This document shows positions 23,376-36,400 of a stretch of DNA of 64,000 nucleotides, piece after piece. Positions within the stretch are counted from its first letter, which is position 1, and each line of letters starts with the position of its first letter. The notes below the pieces were generated by a model. The model worked only from the letters and a program-made list of their open reading frames with translations, did not search any database and was not told the origin of the DNA. Made by a program: the position numbers and the translations under genes. The stretch is from Lama guanicoe (lineage: Eukaryota): assembly GCA_013239625.1 (NCBI GenBank), contig MU056898.1:2075717-2139716 (forward strand), written 5' to 3'.

Positions 23376-26300
23376 TGACACCCACCCAGCATCCTGCGGG
23401 AACGCGGGTTGTGTCCAGGTGGGGGGGATAACACAGGGGACGAGATGGTTGGCGAGTGTTGGGGGGGGCGGTTCTGGAAAGCCTCCCCAAAGGCAAGCAG
23501 ACAGCTGGGGGCGCCCCTCTTGTTTTCCTTCCCATTCTCTTTACAGTCGTCTGGAATGTGGTTGTGATGGCTGGAGCTCCAGCTGATATTCTGGACTATG
23601 AGGTGACTTTGAGGCTGACCTGCATTCACTAAGAACCACGAGGGGCTTGGCCTCTGGTGGCACAGTGGGTCCATGGCACTGGGCAGGCTGCTGGCCTCCA
23701 GACTTCCTTACGTGGGGACATTTTAAGTTTTCCCTTATATGCAGCCAGGTCAGGGTGGGGGCAGGTGTGCACACCTGTGCAGGCCCACTTTCCATGGGAG
23801 GCCCCTGAGGTGAGCTCATGTGTGGAGAAGGCCCTTCCCAGGCAGAGAAGGCAGGACCTTCCTATGCCCACTCAGTGTTCGTCCTGCACATGCATTGCCT
23901 GGTTCATGGTGCTGGGGCCCATCAGGGAATGCCACAGACACATGCCTGCCAGGGGGCTGACATGTTGGTGGAGGAGACAGTGGGGCAAACATGTGCCTTG
24001 TGGCCACAGTTCCCAGAGAAGAGGTGAAGGGGGGGGCTGCTGTTCCACAGAAGGTCTGAGATCCTTTCCTTGAGACCCCTCCCACAATAAGTCTCCTTGG
24101 AGCTGAGCCCTCGGAGGACCATCCAGGAGGAGAGTGATCAGGACAGCAGGTGCAAAGGCCCTGGGGTGTGGGCTTGGTTGGCCTGCTTGTGGACGACAGG
24201 ATCCCCTGGTGGGAGGGAGGTGGGGGCTGCATCCTGTGGTCCCATAGCCCCGCGGGCCTGGACTCAGACCCTGAGGGCTCCAGACCCCCTGCAGGAGAGT
24301 GGGCAGCAGGGGGGCCAGGGCTGCCCTGGACCCAGTGACGTCTGGGCCGGCTTAGGGGCCGACTGGGTGGGGGTAGAGAATGTTGGATGTAGGGAGGCTC
24401 TGGACTGGCCACACGGGTCTGGGCGGGTTCCCTTGTGGCCCCAGGTCTACAGTGCCTTCCCCAGGACAGGGCAGGACCCCGGTAGCTGAGTGCTGTATCC
24501 TCGGGGAAGTCACCTTTCTTGGGTGTCCATGCCTGCCCAGTGGTGACCGCCGGGCCAGGTGCTTTTCTGAGACGGTCAGGGATCGTCCTGGAGAACCCGT
24601 GTCCAATGGGCTTGTTGCTGAGGGCAGCCCCAGGGTCTGGCGATGGTGTTTGCTCAGAGCCAGCTCCTGTGGGGCTGGGGTCCGAGGAGTCCCGACAGCC
24701 TGGAGAGGGGTGACCGAGGTGGACACGTTGCTGGGAGATCCAGAGCTGGATGGCAGTGCTGCTGCCATGTGCCCTCGGGGGCTTGGCTGTCTCCAGAGGG
24801 TCGGCCTGGGCGGTGCAGTTTCCAGGGAGGGGGCTGCGGTTTGGGATGCTCCGGGAGGCCTGCGGGAAGCTCGGGGATGGTCTAGGAAAGGCCCTGTGAG
24901 CCCAGCCCAGCTGAGCCTGGAAGGTGGGGCCTGCCCCGGGGCCCGTCTGAAGGGGAACGGTGGGGCTGTCTGGGCCCTCTGCAGTGCCGGGAGGGGTCGG
25001 TTCAGTCTTGGGGGCGCCTGTTTCTTGAGGGTCCTCGTCCATGCACTCAGCGGGCATCCCTGGGCGCCCGTGTGAGCAGACAAGTCCTTGTGCCATGGTG
25101 CACTGGGGCCCTGCCCTGCGAGTTCTGGTGGAATGCGGCCTGTTTTCTCTGGGAGAGAGACGGCTGTCTGGGGCGAGGAGGGACCCCAGGCACCCCCGTC
25201 GGTTCCCACCTCCTCTGGACGCACCTGGTCCTGGGTGCATAAGCCGTTGTTTCTCCACCGCTGTCCACACCAAGTCCTTCTGGGCGGCGGGACTTCTGTG
25301 GCTGGAACCTCATATTCAGGGAAGTTCCCAAACCACCGAGGCAGCTGGCACTTCCTGTGTTTAATTCTGGATCCCCGCGTGCTAAGAATAGAGCCCCGTG
25401 TCTCGGGGAGAAAATGACAGTGCGGCCCACTCGGAAGGGAGTGTCTGCGGACTGTGTCCGGTTTTGCATCAGTCCTGGGCTTGGGTGGGTTCGGATGCAC
25501 TGTCGCGCAGTGAGTGGCCCTGAGCTGGGACGTTCGTGGAAGACCCGGGATGGGGGCGCCGCTGGTGTCCCCAGGGAGGGGACCACCTCTGACTCCCAGG
25601 ATGTCTGATCCTGGAGGCTCCGTACAACACCTGTCCCTTCTCCACTGCTCCGTGTGGTCCCGAGGGGCAGAGTGCGGCGAGGCCAGGCCACTGGCCAGCC
25701 TCTGAGCAAGCCCAGAGTTCGGCCCCCTCAGGTCCCCCAGGCAGGGCCAGTGCCCCCCAAACTTCTGTCTTTTAAGCTTCAGGACTCTTGTTCCCCCGAG
25801 TCTGATGTGAGACCTCGAATGGGGACCAGTGAGTGTGGAACCGTACTGTAGAGGTTGGGCTGGGGTCTCCAGAACCCCACTTTCCTGGGGGAGCCCGAGA
25901 ACCGGGTCCTGAGCCACAGCACTGAGACCCCAACCACGCGCCTGGGCCCCTGGCTCCCATCTGTGAAGTGCGACCCTCTTCTTGCCTTTGCCCCGGCCTC
26001 TGCCCGGGCGCACAGGGATGCCTTTGGGGTGGTGGCGGGGGTCTTCGTTTCGTGGCTGCAGAGCTGGTGGGATTTAACTTGTAGGGGGAAAGGGTGCTTG
26101 GGACACCCCATCAGGAAGGAGGGTCTCTTCCCCTGACGGAGACTCCTCCTCAGGCTGTGGGCTCCCACCCTTCCTGGAGCTGCCACCCTGGGTGGCCCCG
26201 TGGACCCCCTGTGAGCCCTCTGTAATCAGGACTCAGGAAGCTTCCAGGAGCCAGAGCTGGTGCCGTCCTGGGGTGTGCGTGCTTTGGCTGGAGTCCTGCT

Positions 26301-26844
26301 GTCCGCCGGGACCCCGGTCCCCAGCCCTTCCTCGGGGCCGGTTCAGGCCATGCAGGTGGGATGGGGTGTCTGGACTTTCCAGACATTTTAGGTTCCAGGA
26401 CAAAATGCTTCCTCTGAGACAGCAGGATGCTTGGCACCGTGTGCCAGCAGACGGGCTGGGTAGGGGCTGTCTCCAGCCGTAAGGGGGCAGTTGGGTGGGG
26501 CTGGGGTGATGGCAGCCCTGCGGCGAGGTCCTGGTCTGAAGTGCAGTCTGCCCCGTCCCTGCTCCATCCATCCATCAGTCCAGATCGGGGTGGGGCACCC
26601 GCTGTGCTCTCCCTGCGGGGGAGGGGAGGGGCCTGGTGGAAGGGAAGCTGTGCGGTGTAGGCTGTGCTGGGGGGTTACATAGACAGCCTTTCTCTGCAGT
26701 CCCTGCTTCTCAAAGTCAGTCCAGAGGGACCCCATCACAGAGATGTGGAAACCAAGGGTACATGTGCCAGGGAGACGGGGCGGAGGGAGACAGGACCAGA
26801 CCCCACCCCTCAGCTCCCCTGACCTCAGGCAGACACGGGAAGTG

Positions 26845-26868
26845 CGAGGAGGAGGAGGAGGAGGAGGA
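26845..26868. repeat. (GAG)n microsatellite
   Basis: gaggaggaggaggaggaggagga next to the left inverted-repeat arm. Confidence 0.85.
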
Positions 26869-26883
26869 ACAGGGCGGCGGGGA

Positions 26884-26994
26884 GGGGGGGCACTGAGAAC
26901 CAGGACAGGGAGGGGCCACACACAGCTGGATGGTCGGAGCCCCAAGGCCGTGGTGTGTTTCCCCAAGCTCAGCCTGCACCCAGGGCCAGTGACC
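26884..26994 (+). repeat. Inverted repeat, left arm (pairs with 28149-28259)
   Basis: Hand alignment to the reverse complement of 28149-28259 gives 102/111 identity without gaps. Weaker homology extends to about 26810. Confidence 0.92.
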
Positions 26995-27989
26995 CACTAC
27001 ACACATGACTCAGACCTCATCCAGACCCACGGATGGGAGCGTTCATCAGGAGGCAGATTCCAGGCCCTGCTGGCCCTTCACGCGTGGTGGCCTTGGGCAG
27101 GCTGCGTCCTTGTGACAGCCCCTCCAGGCATAAAGCCCACCTCGGGGTTGCCGGCAGACATGCTGCAGGGCCCCCCAAGTGTGGGTCCTCGTGGCCCCCA
27201 AGGTGAAGGGCCAGTCCCATGGACACCTGCACGGTGCGTGAACCCGTGGAGGCTCCCAGCACAGCCTCGCCGGCCGTCTCATCCCCAAAGGGACGCTCTG
27301 AAGGGGAGGCATCTCGGTCAGCCGTTGAGGCGAGTCTCCTGGCCCGAGGGTCCCGGGCGGCCGCCCTCAGCTGTCATCCTCCGGCGGGAGATGGATGGGC
27401 CAGTTGTGGGGAGCTTTAAAGTCTAAGGTTCCCGGGCAAACATGCCTGCATTCCACCGGGGGGGGCGAAGCTGCTGGCAGGTCAGTGGGAATATAAATTA
27501 TCTCGCAAAAGAAATGCCTTTCTTGTGGCCGGCGGGGATCTGAGACAGCCGGGGCGCCGAGCTGAGCTGAGCACGCTGCCCCCATGGGCATCCACACCTG
27601 CCCCGTGGCGGACATTCAGCGCCGGAAAGAGCCTTGGGTTCTGCCCTGATCCCTGGACACTGCCCGCTCCCTGCCACCAGCCGGTCGTGCAGAACCCCGT
27701 CTGCACCATCCTGGGCCAGTTACAAGGTGGTCTCGGACCCACTAGAGCACGGTCCAGCCCTGTGGGGGCTCTCTGTCGGATGGAGGGGGCCTGGGTGTCT
27801 CTGGGCTCCTGTGGGGGTGGCAGGGCACCTCCCAGATTCTAAACTTGGGACTTTCAGCCTTTTGAGCGCTGGGCTTGCCCTGAGTCACTCGGAGTTGCTA
27901 GGGGTGCTGAGGCCTGGGGCCCCTCCCCACGCCACCTCACTGATGTTTGCTCACCTTAGCTTCCCGGGATCCTGTGGGGGCAGGGATTA

Positions 27990-28105
27990 AGATACTCCAT
28001 CATCCATACGAGGAAACTGGGGCTCGGAGAGGAGGGTGCTGTCTCAGGCGTGTGGATACCAAGTGAGGGGTGGGGTTTGAATGCAGGGCTTCTGAATCCC
28101 TTCCA
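27990..28105 (-). mobile_element. MIR fragment
   Basis: catccatacgaggaaactggggctcggagagg...gggtttgaatgcagggcttctga resembles the MIR core. Confidence 0.55.
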
Positions 28106-28148
28106 GGTTCAGGCCTCCTCCCCTGGCCCCCTCCGTGGGTCTGGACGA

Positions 28149-28259
28149 GGTCCCTAGCCCTGGGTGCGGGCTGAGCTTGGGGAAACGCACCACGGCCTCG
28201 GGGCTTCGACCGTCCAGCTGTGTGTGGCCCCTCCCTGTCCTGGTTCTCAGCGTCCCCCC
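28149..28259 (-). repeat. Inverted repeat, right arm (pairs with 26884-26994)
   Basis: Same alignment. The ORF track shows the same peptide GLRPSSCVWPLPVLVLS on opposite strands at the two sites. Confidence 0.92.
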
Positions 28260-29410
28260 GCTTCCTCCTCCTTGCTCGCTCTTCCCGCGGGACTTGCAGG
28301 CTAGGGGCTGTCTTCCCCCAGACCCGGCCGCTGGACTCCAGGTGCCGGCCCCTTGGAGCAGCTCCCTAACCCTGTCCGCCCCCTGCCCCCATCCCTGGGT
28401 TCCCAGACTGGGCTCTGGTCGCTGGGAGGGTGTCTAAGAGATGCAGCCCCTCCCTGACCTGTGTTTTCATTGTCCCTCCCCTCCTCTGCCTGCCAGGGTG
28501 ACTGGTCTAGGGTCCTGGGGAAACCTCGCCACTGGTAGATTTGGCTCCATCCTGCTCACGTCTCTGATGAACTGGTGGCCCCTTCAATGATGAGACTGTT
28601 TGAATTTCACCAAACGTTTCTGTTTTCTGATCATGCTGTGCTTAATAGTTCTCATCGGCGGGGCTGCCGTGTTCCGTTGTGCGGTTCGTACACTGTGCAA
28701 AGAGGCTGGGCAGAGGGGTGAGCGGCTGAAGTCCAGACAGCTTTGTACCTTTCAGACGGGGACTGGCCACCTGGAGGTGGTGCTTGCTGGGACGTGTGCT
28801 TGATGCAGGGGTGCTGTTTTCAAATCCGCATTTCTGATTCTAATTTCTAATTCACGTGAAAGCCAACATGGGTCTGGTCACTGGCTTGTGTTACTCAGCG
28901 AGCATTTGATTGGGAAAAAGAAGTAATTAGTTGGCAGTTCTCACGGGCACCAGCTCTAGGCTGCCCTCCTCTTGGCGCATGCTGTGTTCTGCTGTCAGCA
29001 CCAGTGTCTCTCCAGATGTGTGGGGTGCAATGGGGGGACCGAGGGACACCCCAGTCTCACCACCGCACCTGACCACCCTCTTCAGCACTTGGAAGCCCAG
29101 GGCAGGGCTCTGATTGGTTGAGTGCTCACCTGTGGACCAATCCCTGGCCCCAGCTGGATGAGGTGTGCTGTTGCTGGCCAGGGAGTTAGGAAGGATGGAG
29201 CCCCTGGAGGGAGGAGGGGTGGGGTCTGGACATTGATGGGGCGGCAGCCTGCCCAGACCCTCGCTCATCTGAGAGACTTCCAGGACCTGGAATGTTCCGA
29301 GGGTCTCATTTTAGGAGCTCGGAGTCATTTGGGGAAAGTTGGGGGTGTGGGAACGGCTCGGGCAGGAAGAGATTCTGAACCTTCTCTGTGTTTCCCTCTC
29401 TCCCAAACAG

Positions 29411-29471
29411 GGCAGCACACTGAGGAAGCGCAGGATGTACGAGGAATTCCTCAGCAAGGTCTCCATCCTGG
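29411..29471 (+). CDS. PRKAR1B: PRKAR1B coding exon (exon 8): GSTLRKRRMYEEFLSKVSIL(E), B/C helix
   Basis: Acceptor tttccctctctcccaaacag| and donor |gtgcgt. 61 bp. RI-type B/C helix peptide. Confidence 0.96.
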
Positions 29472-29553
29472 GTGCGTGCCCGCCCCGCCGCCCCCACCGG
29501 CCCCTTCCCTGTGCGGCTGGAGGGTCAGAGTTCTCGGTGCTGCACGCGTTTGG

Positions 29554-29690
29554 GGCACACACGCACACGCACGCGCAGGCTCACGCGTGCGCAGTGTGCT
29601 CCCACACGATACACGCGTGAACACGTGTGTGCGTGCTGTTTGTCTGCCCCCCGTCCGTCTGTCCGCTGTGCTTGGTGTGTCCGTGTGTCC
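29554..29690. repeat. CA/CG/TG alternating low-complexity tract
   Basis: gcacacacgcacacgcacgcgcaggctcacgcgtgcgc...acacgcgtgaacacgtgtgtgcgtg. Confidence 0.75.
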
Positions 29691-30779
29691 GCCGTCAGAG
29701 CCCATCTCTCCACCTCAGGGGTCGGCTGGGCTCGTGCGTGGGCCCGCCTGTGCTGCGTCTTCCCAGACCTGTTTGGGTTCTTCTCCGTGTGGGTCCCCGG
29801 GTCCCCCCGTCACATCCTGGGGGCTGCGTTTCCACTGACTTTCCGGAGCTCAACAAGGTTCTCTCCAACAGACGTTTTCAGTGTTTTGAAGTTGCTGTGA
29901 CGCTCGCGGCGGCTTCGTGCTGCTTGGGACCAGCCTGGCCTCAGAGCTGCTGGAATGATGGAGAGGCTCTATGTCTGCGCCGAGCACGGGCGGATTTTCG
30001 TTTTATTTAATTTTAATCAGCTGGGCTGTGACCATGTGTGTGATTGTGTGAGTCTGGCAGCTGCGCACCACAGGAGGAGACCCGCTTCGGGAAGTGAGTG
30101 GCAATGACGCGCTGAGGCTCTGGGAACTGCGAGAAATGACCGTCCAGCAGGAGCTCCCCGGCAGCGGCCCCCGGCCGGACTTCTGGGTGCAGCTGGCGAG
30201 GGAGCCCATGCTCCTTTCCCAGGAACCTCTGAGGAGGGAGGCAGAGGAAACAGGTGCAGCTCGGGGGGGCGAGGGTATCCACGGCCGGGGGCTGACAGCG
30301 CTCGCGGATGAAGGCGCGGGACTGGACCCCTGCCCACATCGGGGAGCCTGGGGGACCCTGGCTGCTGCCCGGCACAGAGCAGCCGCTTCCCAGCTGAGCT
30401 CTGCCTGTCCACCTCTGCAGCCTGGGTGGTGGGACACGGGAGCGGCTCTCCGCTGGCCCCTCAAACTGCAGCTCAGAGGGGAGGGGCCCTCCCATCTGCC
30501 TGAGCAGGTGGAGGGGCCCGCCAGGGCGGCCGGGCAGGCCAGCCAGGATGAAATCCCAGCAGAGAAAGTAAGAGCACGGCTCCTGAGACAGGAGCGCGGA
30601 GGCCGCAGAGCGGGTACGGAGGAAGTCAAACGGACGCTGGAGGAGCCAGGAAGGCAGATCAGGACCAAAACAAGGCTGCTGGCAACCTTGGGGGGTAAAT
30701 CGGGGATCGCAGGGGTAGGACCAGCGCAGCAGACGCTCCAGACTCTGCATCTTTGCCTGTGAAGGAAACGCTGTAGAGA

Positions 30780-31330
30780 CACGGCGTGGACGCTCATCCC
30801 AGCGATTTCTGCAATAACAAGACAGTGGGAACAGCCTGAAGTCTGTCGTCACAGGAAGGGATGTTTGCGTGGCGCAGGTTTATACTCCGATAAAGCGCAG
30901 GACAAGGTCTCCAAACAGAAATCGGCACAAACGGAAAGCGTCTCTGCACAGCGCTGGCAGCGCCGCGGTGTGTTTACGAAGCCACGTCACAGTGATCGCG
31001 GGAGACCACCCGCGGAGAGGAAGCCTGCCAGAGCCTTTAGGATAATAATAAAAAAAAATTCCACCGAACCCTTTATGGTCGGAGCCTGTGGGGAGGGAGA
31101 GAAATAGGCCGACAGGAAGGGGCCTCGACCTTAGCAGGAGTTCTGTCTCTAAAGAGTGGCTCTGAGCAGGCGTGACGGCGTGGTCCTGCAGTTTGTTCAG
31201 GACAGATGTCGGCTATGGTGTTGATTCTACTTTTCTGATTATCCTTTCCCCAAATTACAAAAACACTGGACATGACTGTGTGGAGTCAGTGACGTGGAGG
31301 GGCACTGTGAGGGGCCTGGAAGGGAAGCAG
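30780..31330 (+). mobile_element. Old L1M 3' region fragments
   Basis: ggacgctcatcccagcgatttctgcaataacaagacagtgggaacagcctgaagtctgtc resembles the L1 motif ggatgttcattgcagcattgtttgtaatagcaaaaaactggaaacaacctaaatgtc. Confidence 0.5.
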
Positions 31331-32763
31331 GGCGCGGTCCTGGGCAGGACGGCTGCCCGGCACCTCCTGCCCGGGGAGGCAGTGGAGGCAGTGCAGGGGG
31401 CTGGCCCGACCCAACTTCCAAAAGAAAAAGCAGACCGTGGGCCTCCAGGCAGGAGAGCGGGTCTCCCTGGAGGAGGGTCACAGCCGTGAGGCAGGACCCA
31501 GAGGTCCGCGTCCTCCCTGGACTCCTCGGCCGGATGACCGGGAGCAACTTTGGGATGTGCCCTACGTTCCTTCTGCACGGTTCCCACCACTTCCCCGGCA
31601 GGCGGAGGACCCTCGGGAAGGACAGCGTTGGGAGCGGGCCCCCCGGCCGGCCGGCTGCTTTTCCTCGCAGGGCTGACTGCCCGCACCCGGGCAGATCAGA
31701 GCCAGGGATGGGCTCTGATCGCAGTAAAAATGCCCCAAAGGCCCCTGCTTGGTGTGGCTTAAGACCCCTGAGAAATTGGGGCCCATGCGCCGTCTGACAG
31801 TTCTCTCCCAATTCACATGGCTGGGGAGGAAGCTGTGACTCTTGGGCCTGGAATGTCCCAGGTTTCGAGTGTGGCAGGAAACCCCGCAGATCCCAGCAAG
31901 GACACAAACCTCCTGGCCCCGACGTCGTAACAGCGGATGCCGGCCCTTGCCCTGGGAGGGACCAGCCAGCAGCCACACGTGTGCAGCCTGACTCCTCCCT
32001 ACGCAGACCGTCATCCCCTCTGAGGCCACCTGCCTCGCTGTCACGAGGGGGCCATGCCAGCCTCCTGGGGTCCGGCTCACAGGGCAGCTCCTGTCCCTGG
32101 CGGCCCCTCTTCAGGAAGCTGTGGACCAGCTGCTGGCAGGGGCTCCCCTCTCAGCAGCCGCCCCGGCCCTGGGGTGCAAAACATGTCTTTTCAATGCATG
32201 GCTCTGGCAGGAGTTTTCAAGCAGAGAAGTCCCCTCCCAACCTGGATCTAAAATAGTGCTTTGCTTTGTATTTTTAGCAGCTGACCCACATAAGGGCATC
32301 TGATGAGTATAGGACAGAAAAGTTTCTTTGGTCAAAAAGAAACAGCTAATCAGTTGGTCGTTAATTTCTTATAAAAGCAGGAGTGGACGCCCCGGGGAGG
32401 GGAAGCCTGAGAGAGGGTAGGGCGAGAACTCGCAGGCCTTAAACTAGCCGTTGGAAGTAAGCATTCTGACCTAAAGCAGTGGAAGGTGGTGGGTGGCTCA
32501 GGGTCACAACGTGAGTGCAGTGCCGTGCTCGCGGACCTGGGACAGGAGTCGCTCGGCCTCTGGGTTACTTCACCCCTTGGCAGACCTCGTGCTTCGTGGT
32601 CGTGACATACAGGCAGCTCTGCTCTTCTGAAGACAGCAGAAGCATCTTGTGCTGAGCTGACGCAGCGCAGCGCCTGGTGCCTGTAACTCACGTCGAGTCA
32701 GGGACGTGGGTGAGGTCCGCTCTGGGTTCTGCATCCCGGCTGAGGGCGCGGCACGCGCTGTGA

Positions 32764-33213
<450 letters not shown>

Positions 33214-33239
33214 TGAAGGATCTCCTCCTGGAAGTGGTG

Positions 33240-33490
33240 TCGGCCCGGCCCTCAGCCCACACACGTGCAGACGTCACAGACTGCTCCAGGGTGTGCAGGT
33301 GGAGGCGGGGCCGGATACGGGGTAGGGGGGCGTCCTGAGTTCTAACCCGGTGGGAGGCGTGCTCAGCTCTTTGCAGCTTTGCAGGCGTCCTCACTGGGAG
33401 GGACGCGTGAATCTAGGGCACATGGGATCTCTCTGTGCTGTTTCTTACAACTGCATGCAAATCTGCGATGGTCTCGAATTAAACGTTTAC
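33240..33490 (+). mobile_element. L1MD-like 3' terminus
   Basis: gggatctctctgtgctgtttcttacaactgcatgcaaatctgcgatggtctcgaattaaacgttt resembles the L1MD 3' end. Confidence 0.7.
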
Positions 33491-36400
33491 GGATCAGTGC
33501 CAGGTTCTTCCACCTGGACACGCATGAGTCACTGTTCCCGACCTCCAGCCCCCACCGCGGCGGCGACAGCTGGCTCCAGGCCGTAATCCGTGACGGCCAC
33601 GCTCAGCCTGTCACTGATGGGGGCGAGCAGCTGCGTGGCCGGCGCGTCACCCCCGGGGCTGCGCCTGGGCCGTGGTCCCCAGAGGCAGAGCTGCGGCAGC
33701 CCCGGAATGAATGAGTGGCCGCCCTGCCGTGGGAACCCTCCCCATTACACAGACCCGAAAGTATGTGAGTTTGGCGCATTTCCCACTCCCCTGGTCCTCT
33801 CGGCGGGAAGAATTTATGCCGCGTGCTTGGTAGAGCACATGCTTCAGCTGCGTGTTTGCCGTCGGAGGGAGGGCAGAGTCTGGTGCGGCTCAAGTGGCCA
33901 CCGCGGCTGAAATGCCCATTCAGGCTGTGGCCACGGCAGCCAAGAGGGTCACTGTGCCATCCAGAGCGCAGGGCCAACCTTGGGGTTGATGTGGAGAAAG
34001 GAAGTGACAAAGGCCCAACCCTGGTGACGTTCAGCCAGCGTCACCGGACGTGGAGCCACTTTCCTGGTTTAAAACAACAGGAGCAAATCCCAGGCTGCTG
34101 ATGTCAGTGAGATGGGGCTCTCACCCACCTCCGAGCCGTGGTCCAGGAACAGATGAAGCCCCTCCCTGTGACCGTGGATTCCACAGTGACGGGGAGCTCC
34201 CGCGGGAGCTCCTCCCCAAAGAGGGTACCTGGAGTTCTCCCCGCTCCGCGCCTGCCCTTCTCGTGGGAAAGGTCTGAAAGGCATTGGAGTTGGCTGGAGA
34301 ACCAGCGCAGGAGGGGAGACCGAGGGCCGGAGGGGGTGTGCGAGGCCCCGGGAAGGTCTTGACAGGGGCGGGCACAGAGCTTCACAGTGCGCGTTTGGGA
34401 ACCGGGAACTTGGTCACATCCCGGCATTGAGCCTGGACGGGAGAATCCTGGAGGTGGTGGCTGAGTGAGGGGCGGGCGGTGCAGGCCGCGGCAGGGGTGG
34501 ACCCTGCACCTGAGCCTCACGGGCGGGGGCTTCCTGCAGGAACCGCGCGGAGGGGTCCTCGGGCAGCATTCCTGTCCTTGGGTGGGTGACTCATCCAACA
34601 ATAATGTTTCTTGAAAGAAAGCAAAAAAGCACAGACAGGAGAAATTGTGATTCTTGCCAGTGAGGCCTCCGCTCTGCAGACCTGAGAGGCTCAGCTCCCG
34701 GCCCGCCTGTGACCTTGAGAGGTCCCTGAACAAAGGCTCCCGCCTGGCCCCCCAGAAGAGAACGCTTGGAGTGACGGCCGGGGCTTGACTCAACTTTTCT
34801 GGGGCTTTCCTTGCAGGACTTTGAGAGAACGTGGTCCCTTGAGGTCTGTGTCTTAGCCTTAGATCCTCCTGCAAGTCTGCGGAGATAACCAGGACCTGGC
34901 CTGTGGTTTCTGGAAGACATTCCAGCAGGAGGTTACTCACAGTCTCCAAACGCCGCCAAGGCTGCCGCTGGACAAGGGGGTGGGGTTTGCACTGGCCTGC
35001 ACGGTGTAGGTTTTTTCTTTAATAGAAAACATTTGAATTAAGGATATTTCATATAGAAGTCGGGATCTTTCTCTGTACGTATCTGGGCCTGGCCTCAGCT
35101 GGCTGGTCCTGGGAGGTTGCTGCCCAGGGTACGATGTGCTTCCCAGTTTACCCCAGTCCTCACCCAGCCCCCTCGCCTCGCCCGCGGGCTCTGCAGACTC
35201 GTGCAAACCCTTGAGTTTACAGCCTCAGTTTTAATGGTCTTGAAGTTGAGAGAGTGGGTAGCTCTGACCAACACAGACAATTGTCTGTTATTCTCTGGGG
35301 CCAAGGCCACCTCCCAGCCGTGTCCAAGGCCACGGTAGGAAATTGGTAGAACTGTGAAGGTAGGTCAGCAGGAGTCCTCACAGAACTCAGGGATGACCAG
35401 TTATGTACAGTTGTGGTAACGGAGCTGGTGTCTTGGAACTTTGGGCAAGTCAGGTGCTGTGTGAGCCCCGCAGGGATCATGCGGCCTGCCCACACCTGTG
35501 AAGGGCCCCGCAGTGTCCTCTGGGGCCGACCTTCCCCCAAGGACACATGGAGAGCAAGTGGCCGATCTGAGAGGCGGCTGCACCTCTCACTCCCGCGTCC
35601 CGCTGGCGCCTGCACCCTTGCTCTGAGTGTTCTGGGCCTTCGCTGTGTGTAGGGGGGGGTGTGTCCAAGCATCCTGCTCGTGTAAGTGGGGTGAGCGCAG
35701 CTTCCCGTGTTTCCTGCATGTGACGGGCAGGCTGGGCTCCGGGGCCAGGCATCACTCTAGCTCACCCATTAAACGCTGTTAGAGCCGTTTTCAGTCTCCG
35801 CCTTCCAGGGAGTACCTGGTGCCACGGCTTTAAGGTCTTGTGTTGTGAGCAGAGAATCTCGAACTCCACACCCTACCGTGGAGCCCCCAGGAGGAGGTGC
35901 TGGGTGGGGCGGGGCGGCACCTCTCCAGGGGCCCCGACGCTTCCTGCACAGAGTTTTCCTGGGGGCCTACAGAGAGCGACTGGGAGACGGAGACCACGCT
36001 GCTTCTGTGGAGGGAGTTCGGCTGTGTGGCCGAGGGCCCACCCGCCGTGGGGTGGGGGCAGATTTACAGGCCCCAGAGTGTAACCCAACCCTCTCGGAAG
36101 GTACGCTTTTCACAACACTGTAAAATGTATTTGAAGTGGTCTCCTTGGCAACTTGGAGTTTTCCCCCTTTTCCTCTGTGATCAGCCAAACTCGTAAGTCA
36201 CGGTGGGGCCCTGGGGCTCACGGCATCACACACTCAGAGACTCCTGCGACCGACCTCTGTTTCCCGAGTGGCCAGGAGCCATCACCGGCCACATCTGAAA
36301 CAGACACCCTGAGGCCATGGTGCAGGCGGGGCTGGGAGACCAGCGGGCACGTCAGATTGACCCTGGGAGTCAGCTGGGGGGCGTCAGCGCGGACGGTTAG

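Noticed and set aside
23816-26013. Very long antisense ORFs (485 aa and 553 aa) in intron 7, plus many other 150-360 aa ORFs
   Set aside because: Pro/Gly/Arg/Ala-rich translations with no recognisable domain, open in several overlapping frames on both strands. This is expected from stop-codon scarcity in very GC-rich DNA.
30094-30762. 222-aa + strand ORF in intron 8 with charged stretches
   Set aside because: No recognisable homology, no convincing splice or Kozak context, and overlapped by equally long ORFs on the opposite strand.
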